DNA of 64,000 bases from an uncultured Gemmatimonadales bacterium (GTDB lineage: Bacteria > Gemmatimonadota > Gemmatimonadetes > Longimicrobiales > Gaopeijiaceae): positions 416,001-480,000 of the forward strand of contig CAWGKG010000014.1 of the NCBI GenBank assembly GCA_963823035.1. The letters run 5' to 3'. Below the pieces are notes generated by a model. The model was given only the letters and a program-made list of their open reading frames with translations, was not told the origin of the DNA and did no database searches. Below, one piece after another: positions 34,604 to 48,370 of this stretch. A program made the position numbers and the translations under genes. Every line of letters starts with the position of its first letter. Within the stretch, counting starts at the first letter, position 1.

Positions 34604-35668
34604 TCAGGCGGATCTTCGGGTCATGCCTGGAAACGCCAGGTCCGCCGAGGCGGAGGCCCCGCCGGCAGCGACGTGGCCCTGGTCGTAGCGGAAGCGCGCC
34701 GCGCGCGCGACCATGGCACCGTTGTCGAGCGAGAGCCGAGGGGAGGCCCGGAAGAGCCTGCCTCCCGATCCGAGGCGCGCGGCGATCTCCTCGCACAGGC
34801 GGCCGTTCGCGCTCACTCCCCCACCCACCAGGACGCGGGCGCAGCCCGTCTGCTCGACGGCGCGCATGGTCTTGGCCGCCAGGACGTCCACGGCGGCCTC
34901 CTGGAAGCAGGCCGCGACGTGGGCGCGCTCCGCCTCCAACGAGCCGGACCGGTCGAGACGACGCGCCACCTCGGCCACGGCGGTCTTGAGCCCCGAGAAC
35001 GAGAAGTCGAAGTAGTCGGCATCGACCGGGCGCTGGTTGCCCCGAAGCATGGGCCGGGGCAGCCTGTGACGCTCGGGATCGCCTGCCCGTGCGAGCTTCT
35101 CGATCTCGGGACCGCCCGGGTAGGGAAGGCCCAGCAGCTTGGCGACCTTGTCGAACGCCTCGCCGGCCGCGTCGTCGCGCGTCTCTCCCAGCAGGGTGTA
35201 CCGCCCCCACGCCTCCGCGTGCAGCAGGAGGGTGTGGCCGCCCGACACGAGCAGCGCCACGAAGGGCGGCTCGGCTTCCCGGTCCTCGATGGCCGGCGCG
35301 AACAAGTGCGCCTCCATGTGGTGGACCGCGACCAGCGGCTTGTCCAGCGCGAACGCCACCGCCTTGGTCCAGCACACGCCCACCAGGAGGGCGCCGATGA
35401 GCCCTGGGCCCGCGGTGACGCCGAATACGTCGACCTCGTCCAGCTCCACCGAGGCCTTCTTGAGCGCCTCCTGCACGACCGCGTCGATGCGCTGCAGGTG
35501 TGCACGCGCGGCGAGCTCGGGTACCACGCCGCCGAACACCTCGTGCACGTCCTGCGAGAGGATCACGTGTCCCAGGATGTCGTTGCGACCGTCGAGAATG
35601 GCCGCCGACGTCTCGTCGCAGGAGGTCTCGATCCCCAGCACGAGCGGCCGGACGGGCGTGGAGCTCAT
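34604..35668 (-). CDS. tsaD: tRNA threonylcarbamoyltransferase
   Basis: GIETSCDET, GGVVPE, HHMEAH, DDAAGEAFDK. Confidence 0.97.
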   Translation of the reverse strand: MSSTPVRPLVLGIETSCDETSAAILDGRNDILGHVILSQDVHEVFGGVVPELAARAHLQRIDAVVQEALKKASVELDEVDVFGVTAGPGLIGALLVGVCWTKAVAFALDKPLVAVHHMEAHLFAPAIEDREAEPPFVALLVSGGHTLLLHAEAWGRYTLLGETRDDAAGEAFDKVAKLLGLPYPGGPEIEKLARAGDPERHRLPRPMLRGNQRPVDADYFDFSFSGLKTAVAEVARRLDRSGSLEAERAHVAACFQEAAVDVLAAKTMRAVEQTGCARVLVGGGVSANGRLCEEIAARLGSGGRLFRASPRLSLDNGAMVARAARFRYDQGHVAAGGASASADLAFPGMTRRSA

Positions 35669-36646
35669 GACCCGTCCCCCGGCGGTCGGATGCCGTTGGC
35701 GTCACTGGCGCGGCGCACGGTGACGATGTCCTCCGGCACCTCGACGGCAACGAGAACCGGCGCGCCGTCCACGTGGACCGGGACGCGCCGCGCCTCCCCC
35801 GGCGCGATCCCACGCACCAGCTCGGGAGCGATCCAGGCGTGCAGGTCGGCGGGATCCACGGCGGTGACGAGTGTGCGCGCTCCCCGCAGCGTGACGTCGA
35901 TCGGCGGACGGGCGGATCACGATGGGCGCCTCGCCGTCCCCGGCCGCGGTCACCACGGGAACCCCCGTGATCACGCGCTCGATCTCCTCCTCCACCCGGA
36001 TGCCCACCGTGACGGTGGCCGGGGTGAAGCGCACGCCATGGTGCCCCAGCGTGTCCACCGCGAGATCGAGGACCCCCGAGGCCTCCACCCTGGAGAGATC
36101 GAGCGGGGAGAGGCGCACCGAGTCGAGACCTTCGAGTCGGCTGGCGGCGCCGCGCGCGCGCACCACGGGCGGGTTCAATCCGATCGGGCTGGCGAGGGAC
36201 AGGTGGCTGGGCAGCATGCCCTTCGTGTTCACGGCGACCGGGATCACGCGGCTCACGGCGGGCTCGAGCGCGATGGTCACGCCCGAGGGGCTCATCGATT
36301 CGACGGCCAGACCGCTGCCCTCCCCGAGCCGCACCCAGTCACGGCGGAGCGTCACGAAGGTGTCGGGCGAGCCCACCTCGAGAAGGGGGATGCGGACCGC
36401 CGTGCCCTCGCGCGCCAGGCGGATGATCTGGCTGGGGGAACCGGTCAGACGCAGCTCCACCGACGTCGGATCGGGAAGGCCGGAGGTGGTCCACGCCGTG
36501 TCCGCGACGTCCACGATCACCGGAACCGTGAAGCTCTCGGCGTTCTGCGGCTCGCTCTGCACCAGCGCCCACAGGAAGACGGAGAGCGCGAGCGCGGAGA
36601 GCTTCAGCCTCCAGTTGTGGACCAGGTCGCGGGGTGCGTAGGCCAC
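35665..36646 (-). CDS. YbbR/CdaR-like protein (apparent frameshift near 35905)
   Basis: NWRLKLSALALSVFLW N-terminal anchor followed by YbbR-like repeats. Confidence 0.75.
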
Positions 36647-36652
36647 GGCCGC

Positions 36653-37210
36653 CTACTCGCCCAGCAGTCGGCGCACCAGCTCTTGGTTCACGGGCGCCGC
36701 CCAATCGGTTCCCCCGGCGACCTTCTTGTAGATCATGCCGTCGCGCCCGACCAGGAAGGTCTCGGGCACGCCCGTGGTCTGATAGGTCTGCTGGATCTTG
36801 CCCGTGGGGTCGTGCAGGATCGGGAAGGTCAGACCCAGCTCGTCGGCGAACGCGCGCAGGTCGCCACCCGGGCGACCCCATTCGTCCTGCTCGCCCGCTC
36901 TGGCATCGATGCTCACCGCGAGGATCTCGAAGTCGGTGTCCTTCAGATCCTTGTAGAGCACCTCCATGGAAGGCATCTCGTCGCGGCACGGTGCGCACCA
37001 CGTCGCCCAGATGCTCACCAGCACCACGCGGCCGTCGTAGTCCGAGAGGTGGACGGTCTGGCCATCGAGCGTCGTAGCCGCGAAATCGGGGGCCGCCACG
37101 CCGGTGAGGATGGGCTGGTAGTTCTCCCGTCCTCTCCACGCGGCGGCGACCACCGTCACGACCACGACGATGGCCCAGAAATAGGGTGACTTGTAGGGCT
37201 TGCGCTTCAT
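36653..37210 (-). CDS. TlpA/ResA-family thiol-disulfide oxidoreductase
   Basis: WATWCAPCRDEMP and GVPET. Confidence 0.92.
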   Translation of the reverse strand: MKRKPYKSPYFWAIVVVVTVVAAAWRGRENYQPILTGVAAPDFAATTLDGQTVHLSDYDGRVVLVSIWATWCAPCRDEMPSMEVLYKDLKDTDFEILAVSIDARAGEQDEWGRPGGDLRAFADELGLTFPILHDPTGKIQQTYQTTGVPETFLVGRDGMIYKKVAGGTDWAAPVNQELVRRLLGE

Positions 37211-37325
37211 GGCCGGGATCGCCTGCGTGACCTGGGGAACTGCCTGACGATGCTACGGCGCGCGGGGGGCTTTGTTCCCACCCGCGGGCCCGTTCCGGCG
37301 TGAAATGTAGGCGTTCGGGAGGTCC

Positions 37326-37811
37326 TCAGAAACGGATGCCCAGTCGGAAGACCACCTGGTCGTCGGGATCGACGAACTCGTAGCGCGCTTCCAGGTAGGC
37401 CCCGAGCACCAGCGTGCCCAGGTTCACGCCCGCACCGACGCCGAATCCGGTGGCGTCGCTGGAGACGCCATCGACGGTGGTTCTCCGCCACACGAGTCCC
37501 GCCGCCCCGTAGGGCGTCAGGACCGGGAGCGGCATCTCGAGGTGCAGGTCGGCGGAGCCCCCCCAGAGCGAGCAATCGACGGTGCCGCAGTCGGGGAAGA
37601 AGTAGTCCCCCGCCACGAACACGTCGACGGGCACGAGGGGGATGCTCAGCTCCAGGCTTCCGCCTACGCCGTTCGCCCTGCCGCCCACGTTCGTCCCCCG
37701 CGCCGACGCCCGGGCGGCGTGGATGCCCGGCCTGAGCTGAGCCCCGGCCTCGCCGACGGAGGAGACCACGGCCAGGAGGGCGAGCCCGACGGGAAGAAGG
37801 CGGCGATTCAT
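37326..37811 (-). CDS. Small outer-membrane beta-barrel protein
   Basis: Signal peptide, alternating beta strands, terminal LGIRF. Confidence 0.75.
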   Translation of the reverse strand: MNRRLLPVGLALLAVVSSVGEAGAQLRPGIHAARASARGTNVGGRANGVGGSLELSIPLVPVDVFVAGDYFFPDCGTVDCSLWGGSADLHLEMPLPVLTPYGAAGLVWRRTTVDGVSSDATGFGVGAGVNLGTLVLGAYLEARYEFVDPDDQVVFRLGIRF

Positions 37812-37867
37812 GGCATGTGCTCCCTTTCTCGGACTTCCAGCAAGGTCGCGTGCGAGCGCGGTCGGGC

Positions 37868-38698
37868 CTATCCGCCGCGCCTTCCCACGGAGAGCCGGAC
37901 GGCCGCGCCGCGCTCGAGGAGCGAATCCGCGGGTGGCTCCTGCTCCACCACGATGCCCTGGTCCCGTCCGAAGCGGAAGACCTCCTCCACCTCGCCGACC
38001 GTGAGTCCCAGCGAGTCGAGCACCGCGACGGCGTCGACCTCCGAGAGCCCCAGGACGAGGGGCATCGGTACCAGCGGAGGTCCCCGGCTCACCTTCAGGT
38101 GGATCTCCGCGGGGAGCGCCACGGTCTGGTCGGGCCCTGGCGTCGTCTCCACCACCCGCCCACGCGGGATCTCCGCGTCCACGGTATCCACGGCAACGAC
38201 GAACCCCGAGGTTTCGAGCACGATCCGTGCCCGGTCCGCGTCGACGTGCCGCACGTCCGGGACGCCACGGAGCTGGGGGCCGAGGCTGCGGGTCACGCGG
38301 ACGCCGTCTCCCGGCTCCGCGAGCTGCCCCGGCAGCGGCGATTGACCCAGCACGAGCCCGCGCTCGACGGAGGGGTGCCGCAGCGAGTCCACCACCCCGA
38401 GATCGAGTCCGGCGCCCCGCAGGCGCTCGCGCGCCGTGGCCAGGCCGAGGCCACGCACGTCGGGCACGGCGACGAGGTCGTTGTGCGGCGGCGGGGCGGG
38501 AAAGACGACCTGCGTGGCGATCAGCCATCCGGCGAGCCACCCGAAGAGGGCCAGGCCGACGACCTGGAGCGTGAGCCGAGCCCACCCGTCGAGGCGCGCG
38601 TACCAGCTTCCGCCCCCACCCTCCCCTTCGTCGCCGGCTTCCCGGCGCCCCGTCCCGGCGCGCCTGCGCGTGCGCTTCAGGGACCCTCCCAGCTTCAT
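37868..38698 (-). CDS. PASTA-domain protein (3 repeats, no kinase domain)
   Basis: TM helix then VPDVRG...QSPLPG repeats. Confidence 0.88.
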   Translation of the reverse strand: MKLGGSLKRTRRRAGTGRREAGDEGEGGGGSWYARLDGWARLTLQVVGLALFGWLAGWLIATQVVFPAPPPHNDLVAVPDVRGLGLATARERLRGAGLDLGVVDSLRHPSVERGLVLGQSPLPGQLAEPGDGVRVTRSLGPQLRGVPDVRHVDADRARIVLETSGFVVAVDTVDAEIPRGRVVETTPGPDQTVALPAEIHLKVSRGPPLVPMPLVLGLSEVDAVAVLDSLGLTVGEVEEVFRFGRDQGIVVEQEPPADSLLERGAAVRLSVGRRGG

Positions 38699-40005
38699 GC
38701 CGCCCTCCTCAGGCGTGCGGCGAACGCTCCGTCGAATCCCGTTCTCCAGGGAAGCACGACGAGTCGGCCGTCCCCGTCGACATACTCCTCCCGCACCGCC
38801 TGGGTTCGCTCCAGGCGGAAGTCGGGCCTGCGTTCAAGGAAGGCGGACACCTGCTCCTCGTTCTCCTCGACCTCGAGGCTGCACGTCGCGTAGACGAGCA
38901 GCCCGCCCGGGCGCACGACCCCGGCCGCTCCGTCCAGGATCGCCCGCTGGACGGCGGCGAGGGTGCCGACCGAATCCGGACCGAGCCGCCAGCGCCCATC
39001 GGGGTGCCGGGCGAGCGTGCCGGTGCCGGTGCACGGGACGTCCACCACCACCACGTCGACTTCGCGGACGGGAGGATGGGCGGCGTCGGCGACCACGAGG
39101 CCGAGGGGTCGCCCGGTCCGCACGGCGTTTTCGCGAACCCTGCGCATGCGCGCTTCCGATCGGTCGGCGGCCAGAGTATAGGACGCGCGTGCGGAGAGGG
39201 CGAGCGCCTTGCCACCGGGGGCAGCGCACAGGTCGGCCAGCCGCGCCCCGGCGTCCACGTCCGCATAGCACGTCACCAGGTGGGCGCCGGGATCCTGGAT
39301 GATGGAAGGCAGCGCGGCGAGCGCGGCGGCCGGATCCGTGCCCACCGCGAGCCGGAGGCACCCCGGGTCTCCCTCGAACGGCACGGCGTCGATCCCCACC
39401 CCGGCGAGGGTGGCGACCGCTTCCGCCGGGTCGAGGTCCAGCGGCACGAGCCCGAGCGCGGGCCGGCGGTTGTCCGCCTCCACCAGGGCGCGCACCTCCT
39501 CCGGCGTCCAGCGGCGCAGCCAGCGCTCGACCATCCAGCGCGGATGCGACCCCCAGCTCACCAGCCACCCGGCAGGGTCGGTCGCGAAGTCCGGGAAACG
39601 CTCCGCCCCCTCCCCACCGTCACCCACGGCACGCAGCACGGCGTTCACCAACCCGCCCGCCCCCTTGCCCGCCTCGCGGCGAGCCTGGGACACGGTCTGG
39701 GAGACGGCCGCGTAGCGGGGCACGCCGCCCATGTAGAGGATCTGGTACGCACCGAGGCGGAGCAGCTCGAGCACCGGGGGCTCCAACCGCTCGAGGCCCC
39801 CGTGCACGTGCTGCCCGAGCAGGTGGTCGAGCCGACCGCGCAGGCGCGCCACCCCGTAGACCAACTCGTGGACGAAGGCGCGGTCGCGTGGCACGAGGTC
39901 GGGCATGGCCCGCGACAGCGCGACGTCCAGGCGCAGGCCCCGACCGACCGCGGTCGCGACGTCCAGGGCTGCGCGGCGGGCCTCCGTGATGTCGGATGTG
40001 CTCAG
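38695..40005 (-). CDS. rsmB: 16S rRNA m5C967 methyltransferase (probable CTG start)
   Basis: NusB-like N-terminus, DLCAAPGGK, DVPCTGTG, YATCS; frame open to a CTG overlapping the thiG stop. Confidence 0.9.
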   Translation of the reverse strand: MSTSDITEARRAALDVATAVGRGLRLDVALSRAMPDLVPRDRAFVHELVYGVARLRGRLDHLLGQHVHGGLERLEPPVLELLRLGAYQILYMGGVPRYAAVSQTVSQARREAGKGAGGLVNAVLRAVGDGGEGAERFPDFATDPAGWLVSWGSHPRWMVERWLRRWTPEEVRALVEADNRRPALGLVPLDLDPAEAVATLAGVGIDAVPFEGDPGCLRLAVGTDPAAALAALPSIIQDPGAHLVTCYADVDAGARLADLCAAPGGKALALSARASYTLAADRSEARMRRVRENAVRTGRPLGLVVADAAHPPVREVDVVVVDVPCTGTGTLARHPDGRWRLGPDSVGTLAAVQRAILDGAAGVVRPGGLLVYATCSLEVEENEEQVSAFLERRPDFRLERTQAVREEYVDGDGRLVVLPWRTGFDGAFAARLRRAA

Positions 40006-40808
40006 TCGAGCATCCCCTCGGTCGGCGAGGACGGAACCGCGATCTCCCGCGAGGGCATCCGGCCCGCCAGGTACGCCTGCCGGCCCGCCACGATCGCGTG
40101 CCGCATCGCGTGGGCCATGCGCACCGGGTCGGCGGCGGCCGCCAGCGCGGTGTTCATGAGCACGCCGTCCACGCCCTGCTCCATCGTGACGCAGGCGTCC
40201 GAGGCCGTACCCACGCCCGCGTCCACGATGACGGGCACCTGCAGACGGCGCTTGATCTCACGGATGAAGTAGGGGTTCACCACGCCGAGGCCGCTCCCGA
40301 TCGGGCTCGCCAGCGGCATCACGGCCACGCAGCCCGCCTCCTCGAGGCGGAGCGCCGTGATCAGATCGTCGTTCGTGTAGGCCATGACCTTGAAGCCCTC
40401 GTCCGCGAGGACCCTGGCGGCCTCCAGGGTAGCCTGTGTGTCGGGAAGGAGCGTGGCCTGGTCGCCGATCACCTCGAGCTTGATCCACTCGTTGAAGCCG
40501 GCGGCCCGCGCCAGCCGTGCGTAGCGGATCGCGTCCTCCGCATTGTAGCAGCCCGCCGTGTTGGCGAGGAGGAAGAACTCGCCGGGATCGAGATGGTGGA
40601 GGATCCCCTCCTCCTTCGTCCGGTCGAGGTCGATGCGCCGCACCGCCACGGTCACCATCTCCGTTCCGCTCGCGCGGATCGCGTCGACCATGATCTCGTT
40701 CGTGGCATACTTCCCGGTGCCGACGATCAGGCGCGACGTGAAGGCCCGTCCTCCGATCACGAGGGGCCCGTCCAGCATTCCCTGGGTCTGTACCGCGATC
40801 CGCGTCAT
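40002..40808 (-). CDS. thiG: Thiazole synthase
   Basis: SRLIVGTGKY, NTAGC, WIKLEVI, MPLASPIGSG. Confidence 0.97.
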   Translation of the reverse strand: MTRIAVQTQGMLDGPLVIGGRAFTSRLIVGTGKYATNEIMVDAIRASGTEMVTVAVRRIDLDRTKEEGILHHLDPGEFFLLANTAGCYNAEDAIRYARLARAAGFNEWIKLEVIGDQATLLPDTQATLEAARVLADEGFKVMAYTNDDLITALRLEEAGCVAVMPLASPIGSGLGVVNPYFIREIKRRLQVPVIVDAGVGTASDACVTMEQGVDGVLMNTALAAAADPVRMAHAMRHAIVAGRQAYLAGRMPSREIAVPSSPTEGMLD

Positions 40809-40812
40809 CCTG

Positions 40813-41031
40813 TCATCCCCCGCCCACGAAGTGGACGAGCTCGATGGTATCTCCCTCACGCACCGGGACCTCCGCGTAGGCGTCCCGTGCGAGGATCTCC
40901 CGATTCAACTCGACGACCACGAGTGCCGGCTGCAGGTCGAGCGACTCCACCAGGGAGCGCACGTTGTGGCCGGCAGCGACCTCATGTTCCTTGCCGTTGA
41001 GGCGCACCCGGATCGTCGCCGGTTCGCTCAT
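40813..41031 (-). CDS. thiS: Sulfur carrier protein
   Basis: Ends ELVHFVGGG. Confidence 0.95.
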   Translation of the reverse strand: MSEPATIRVRLNGKEHEVAAGHNVRSLVESLDLQPALVVVELNREILARDAYAEVPVREGDTIELVHFVGGG

Positions 41032-41047
41032 GCTCCCGGACACGCCT

Positions 41048-41710
41048 TCACCCGACCGCCGCGGCGAGCGCATCAAGATACCGGCCCGCCGCTCCCATCG
41101 GGTCCGGCGCGTCCCAGATCCCGCGGATCGCCGCGACGCCGTACGCGCCGGCCGCGACGAGCTCGGCCACGCTCTCCGGCGTCACGCCCCCGATCGCGAG
41201 GACCGAGACGCCGCCCGACGCGCGGCGCGCGCCCGCGACCGCCTCGGGTCCGCGCGGCTCGAGCTCGGCGTGGCTCGGCGTCGCGTAGATGGTACCGGCG
41301 AAGATCCAGTGGGCTCCCTCGGCCGCCGCCTCCGCCGCTTCGACGTCGCTGTGGGTGGAGACGCCCAGCAGGGCCTCGACGCCCAGGATCCTGCGCGCGT
41401 CGCGCGGCCGAAGGGAGCGCCGTCCGAGCTGGACGGCTCCCGCCCCCGCAGTGAGCGCCACGTCCACACGGTCGTTCACCACCAGGAGCGCGCCCGATCC
41501 GAAGGCCGCGCCCGCCAGCCCGTGCGCGAGGCGGTAGAGCGTTCCACCGTCGGTGCCGGGTCCGCGAACATGCACGGCGATCCGGCTTCCACCCCGCTCC
41601 ATGAGGGTCGCGGCGGTCGCGGCGAAGTCCGCGCGCGCCAGCACCTCGTCGTCCGTGACCACGTGCAGGACCGGGACGACGGTCTCGCCAGGTCCCCGGG
41701 CGTCGCTCAT
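41048..41710 (-). CDS. thiE: Thiamine phosphate synthase / TenI family
   Basis: VVNDRVDVA, GVSTHS, TPSH, LAIGGV. Confidence 0.8.
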   Translation of the reverse strand: MSDARGPGETVVPVLHVVTDDEVLARADFAATAATLMERGGSRIAVHVRGPGTDGGTLYRLAHGLAGAAFGSGALLVVNDRVDVALTAGAGAVQLGRRSLRPRDARRILGVEALLGVSTHSDVEAAEAAAEGAHWIFAGTIYATPSHAELEPRGPEAVAGARRASGGVSVLAIGGVTPESVAELVAAGAYGVAAIRGIWDAPDPMGAAGRYLDALAAAVG

Positions 41711-42644
41711 GTGAAGCGCTGCCCGGGCCGCACGCCGCGTCCCACGATCCAGTCGTGCGTGCTCATGCGCCGCCTCCCGGGCGGCTGCACCTCGTCGAAG
41801 GCGAGCGCGCGCCTGGCCGGTGGCCACGACCAGGCCGCCGTCCGGGTCCGCGACCGACACGGTGCCCGGCGCGTCGTCGACCCGGTCGGTGTCCACCGGT
41901 CGGGGGCGGAACAGCTTCAGCGGCGAGCCCTCGAGCTCGGTCCACGCGCCGGGCACCGCGTCCATGGCGCGCACGTGCCACTCGAGCTCGCGGGCGGGGC
42001 GCTCCCACGCGATACGCGCCGTCTCCCGGCCCACCTTGGGCGCGAAGGTGGCGCGCCCGTGGTCCTGCTCCTCCTCCACGACCTTGCCGGCGGCCAGGAG
42101 GGCGAGCGCCTCGATGAGCGCCTCCGCGCCCAGCTCGGAGAGGCGGACGGAAAGCTCGGAGGCCGTTTCCCCGGGAAGGATCGGCTCGCGGATCTGGTGG
42201 AGCACCGGACCTGCGTCCATCGCCTCCACCATGCGCATGATCGTCACACCGGTGGTGTCGCATCCCCGCGCGATGGCCCAGTTGATCGGCGCGGCGCCGC
42301 GCAGCTCGGGCAAGAGGGACGCGTGCACGTTGATCGAGCCCATCGGCGCCAGCGTCCAGCACCTCCGGCCGCAGGATGTGCCCGTACGCCACCACCACCG
42401 TGAGCTCCGCCCCGAGCGCGGAGGCGGCGGCCATGAAGTCGTCGCCTCGGGGCCGCTCCGGCGTGAGCACGGGAACGCCCATCGCGGTGGCGACCTCCTT
42501 CACCGGCGAGGGCCTCAGGTGGCGGCCGCGCCCCGCCGGACGGTCGGGCTGCGTGACCACGCCGACCACTTCGTGGCCTTCGTCGTCCAGGGCGCGCAAC
42601 GAGGACACCGCGAAGTCCGGGGTGCCCCAGAAGAGGATCCTCAC
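41707..42644 (-). CDS. fmt: Methionyl-tRNA formyltransferase (apparent frameshifts near 42345 and 41810)
   Basis: ILFWGTPDFA, VTQPDRPAGRG, INVHASLLPELRGAAPI. Confidence 0.93.
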
Positions 42645-43181
42645 GAGCGTCGGGGCTCTGCTTCCGCCTCGGCCCGGAGCTTCTTCCACTTCTTCAGCGC
42701 GAGCTTGCGCGTCAGCGGACTCACGTGGTCGAGGAAGAGGATGCCGTGCAGGTGGTCGATCTCGTGCTGCAGCGCCCGCGAGAAGAGCTCGTCCGCCTCG
42801 ACGACGATCTCCCTCCCCTCCGGGATCGAGGGCCTCGATGCGGACGGCCCACGGGCGCTCGACCACTTCCTCCAACCCCGGGATGCTCAGGCATCCCTCC
42901 GGCTGCTTGTCGGTCTGTTCGCTGGCCCAGACGACCTTCGGGTTGACCAGGGCGACCCGTTTCTCCGGCTCGTCCTCGCGGCGAAGGTCGACCACGAGCA
43001 CCCGCCTGGAGACGCCCACCTGCGGCGCGGCGAGGCCGATCCCCTCGGCGAGGTACATCGTCTCGAACATGTCGCGCACGAGCCCGCGCAGCTCGTCGTC
43101 GAAGACCTCCACGGGATCCGCCTCCGTTCGGAGCACCGGATCGCCCATCAACACGACCTCGCGAACCGACATCGAACTCAC
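42641..43181 (-). CDS. def: Peptide deformylase (apparent frameshift near 42820)
   Basis: GIGLAAPQ, EGCLS, and QHEIDHL in the second frame. Confidence 0.93.
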
Positions 43182-43501
43182 TCCTTGGCGCCCTTCTGCG
43201 ACAGTACCTGCGCCACGCGGCCGCGGTCGACCGTGAGGCGGGTGTTGTCTCCCGTGCGCACCGTCAGGCGGTTCTCCTCGACGTGCACCACCGTGCCGAT
43301 GATCCCCCCGCTCGTGACGATCTCGTCGCCCTTCTTCAACTCCTTGAGCATCTGGTCGTGCCGCTGCCGCTCCTTGGACTGCGGCCGTATGAGCAGGAAG
43401 TAGAAGATGACGAAGATGGCGACCATCTGAACCATGAAGATCACCCCGGCGGACCCCCCCTCTCGGGGGACCATCAGGATCGCGAGCGCAGCGTTCGTCA
43501 C
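43178..43501 (-). CDS. yajC: Preprotein translocase subunit YajC
   Basis: FYFLLIRPQ...LKKGDEIVTSGG. Confidence 0.95.
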   Translation of the reverse strand: MTNAALAILMVPREGGSAGVIFMVQMVAIFVIFYFLLIRPQSKERQRHDQMLKELKKGDEIVTSGGIIGTVVHVEENRLTVRTGDNTRLTVDRGRVAQVLSQKGAKE

Positions 43502-43567
43502 CTTGTTTCTCCGTGTGCGGCGAATCGTGTCGTGTCGTCGAGTGGGGCGGTCGGTCGGTCGTTCACC

Positions 43568-44829
<1,262 letters not shown>

Positions 44830-44873
44830 GGGCACACATCACGCGACGGAGCCGGAACACGGGAGACGAGGCG

Positions 44874-45223
44874 ATGACCCTCGAAAGGGAGTGGATGCGC
44901 GGCGCGGCGCCGCTGGCGGTGCTGACCCTGCTGGAGCGGCGGGAGATGTACGGCTACGAGCTGGTCGAGGCGCTGGAGCGCGACACCGGTGGTCTGCTCG
45001 CCATGGGGCAGTCGACCGTCTACCCGCTCCTCTACAACCTCGAGGCCCGCGGCCACGTCGAGCCGACGTCGCGCACGGCGCCCACCGGCCGGAGGCGGAA
45101 GTACTACCGCATCACGGCAGCGGGCCGCGCGTGGCTGGAGGAGCAACGGGACCAGTGGGAGACGCTCGTGACCGCGCTCGGACGACTGGGTCTTCGTGGC
45201 CCGCACGCGGAGGAGGCGGTGCC

Positions 45224-45227
<4 letters not shown>
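44874..45227 (+). CDS. PadR-family transcriptional regulator 1
   Basis: MYGYEL...STVYPLLYNLE...RKYYRITAAG. Confidence 0.93.
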
Positions 45228-47991
<2,764 letters not shown>

Positions 47992-48037
47992 AGTGTGGGT
48001 GCGGGCCGTCCCGTCCCCACGACATCCTTGCGGCATC

Positions 48038-48058
48038 GATAGTGACAATGTCACTTTC
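48038..48058. promoter_or_regulatory. Putative PadR-2 operator overlapping a leaderless promoter
   Basis: AGTGACA-A-TGTCACT palindrome (48041-48055) between TTGCGG (48028) and CACTTT (48052). Confidence 0.7.
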
Positions 48059-48064
48059 GTATCC

Positions 48065-48370
48065 ATGTCGCTCGGTGACCTCCAGTACCTGACGCTGCTC
48101 GCCGTCGCCCGCCTCGGTGCGGACGCCTTCGCCCGTGAGGTCCGCGGCCTCCTCCTGGAGGTCGCGGAGCGGGATGTGTCCGTGAGCACGGTGTTCGTGA
48201 CGCTCACCCGTCTCGAAGATCAGGGTCTCCTGCGCTCCGAGGAGGGGGAGCCTCCCCCTCGGGGCGGGCGGGCCAAGCGCATCTTCTCCCTCACCGAGGC
48301 CGGCTGGCAGGCCGTGCGTGAGACGCGTGCGGCGGGGGAGCGCATGTGGGAGGGGCTGGGGACGGCATGA
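48065..48370 (+). CDS. PadR-family transcriptional regulator 2
   Basis: MSLGDLQYLTLLAV...VSTVFVTLTRLEDQG...GGRAKRIFSLT. Confidence 0.9.
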   Translation: MSLGDLQYLTLLAVARLGADAFAREVRGLLLEVAERDVSVSTVFVTLTRLEDQGLLRSEEGEPPPRGGRAKRIFSLTEAGWQAVRETRAAGERMWEGLGTA

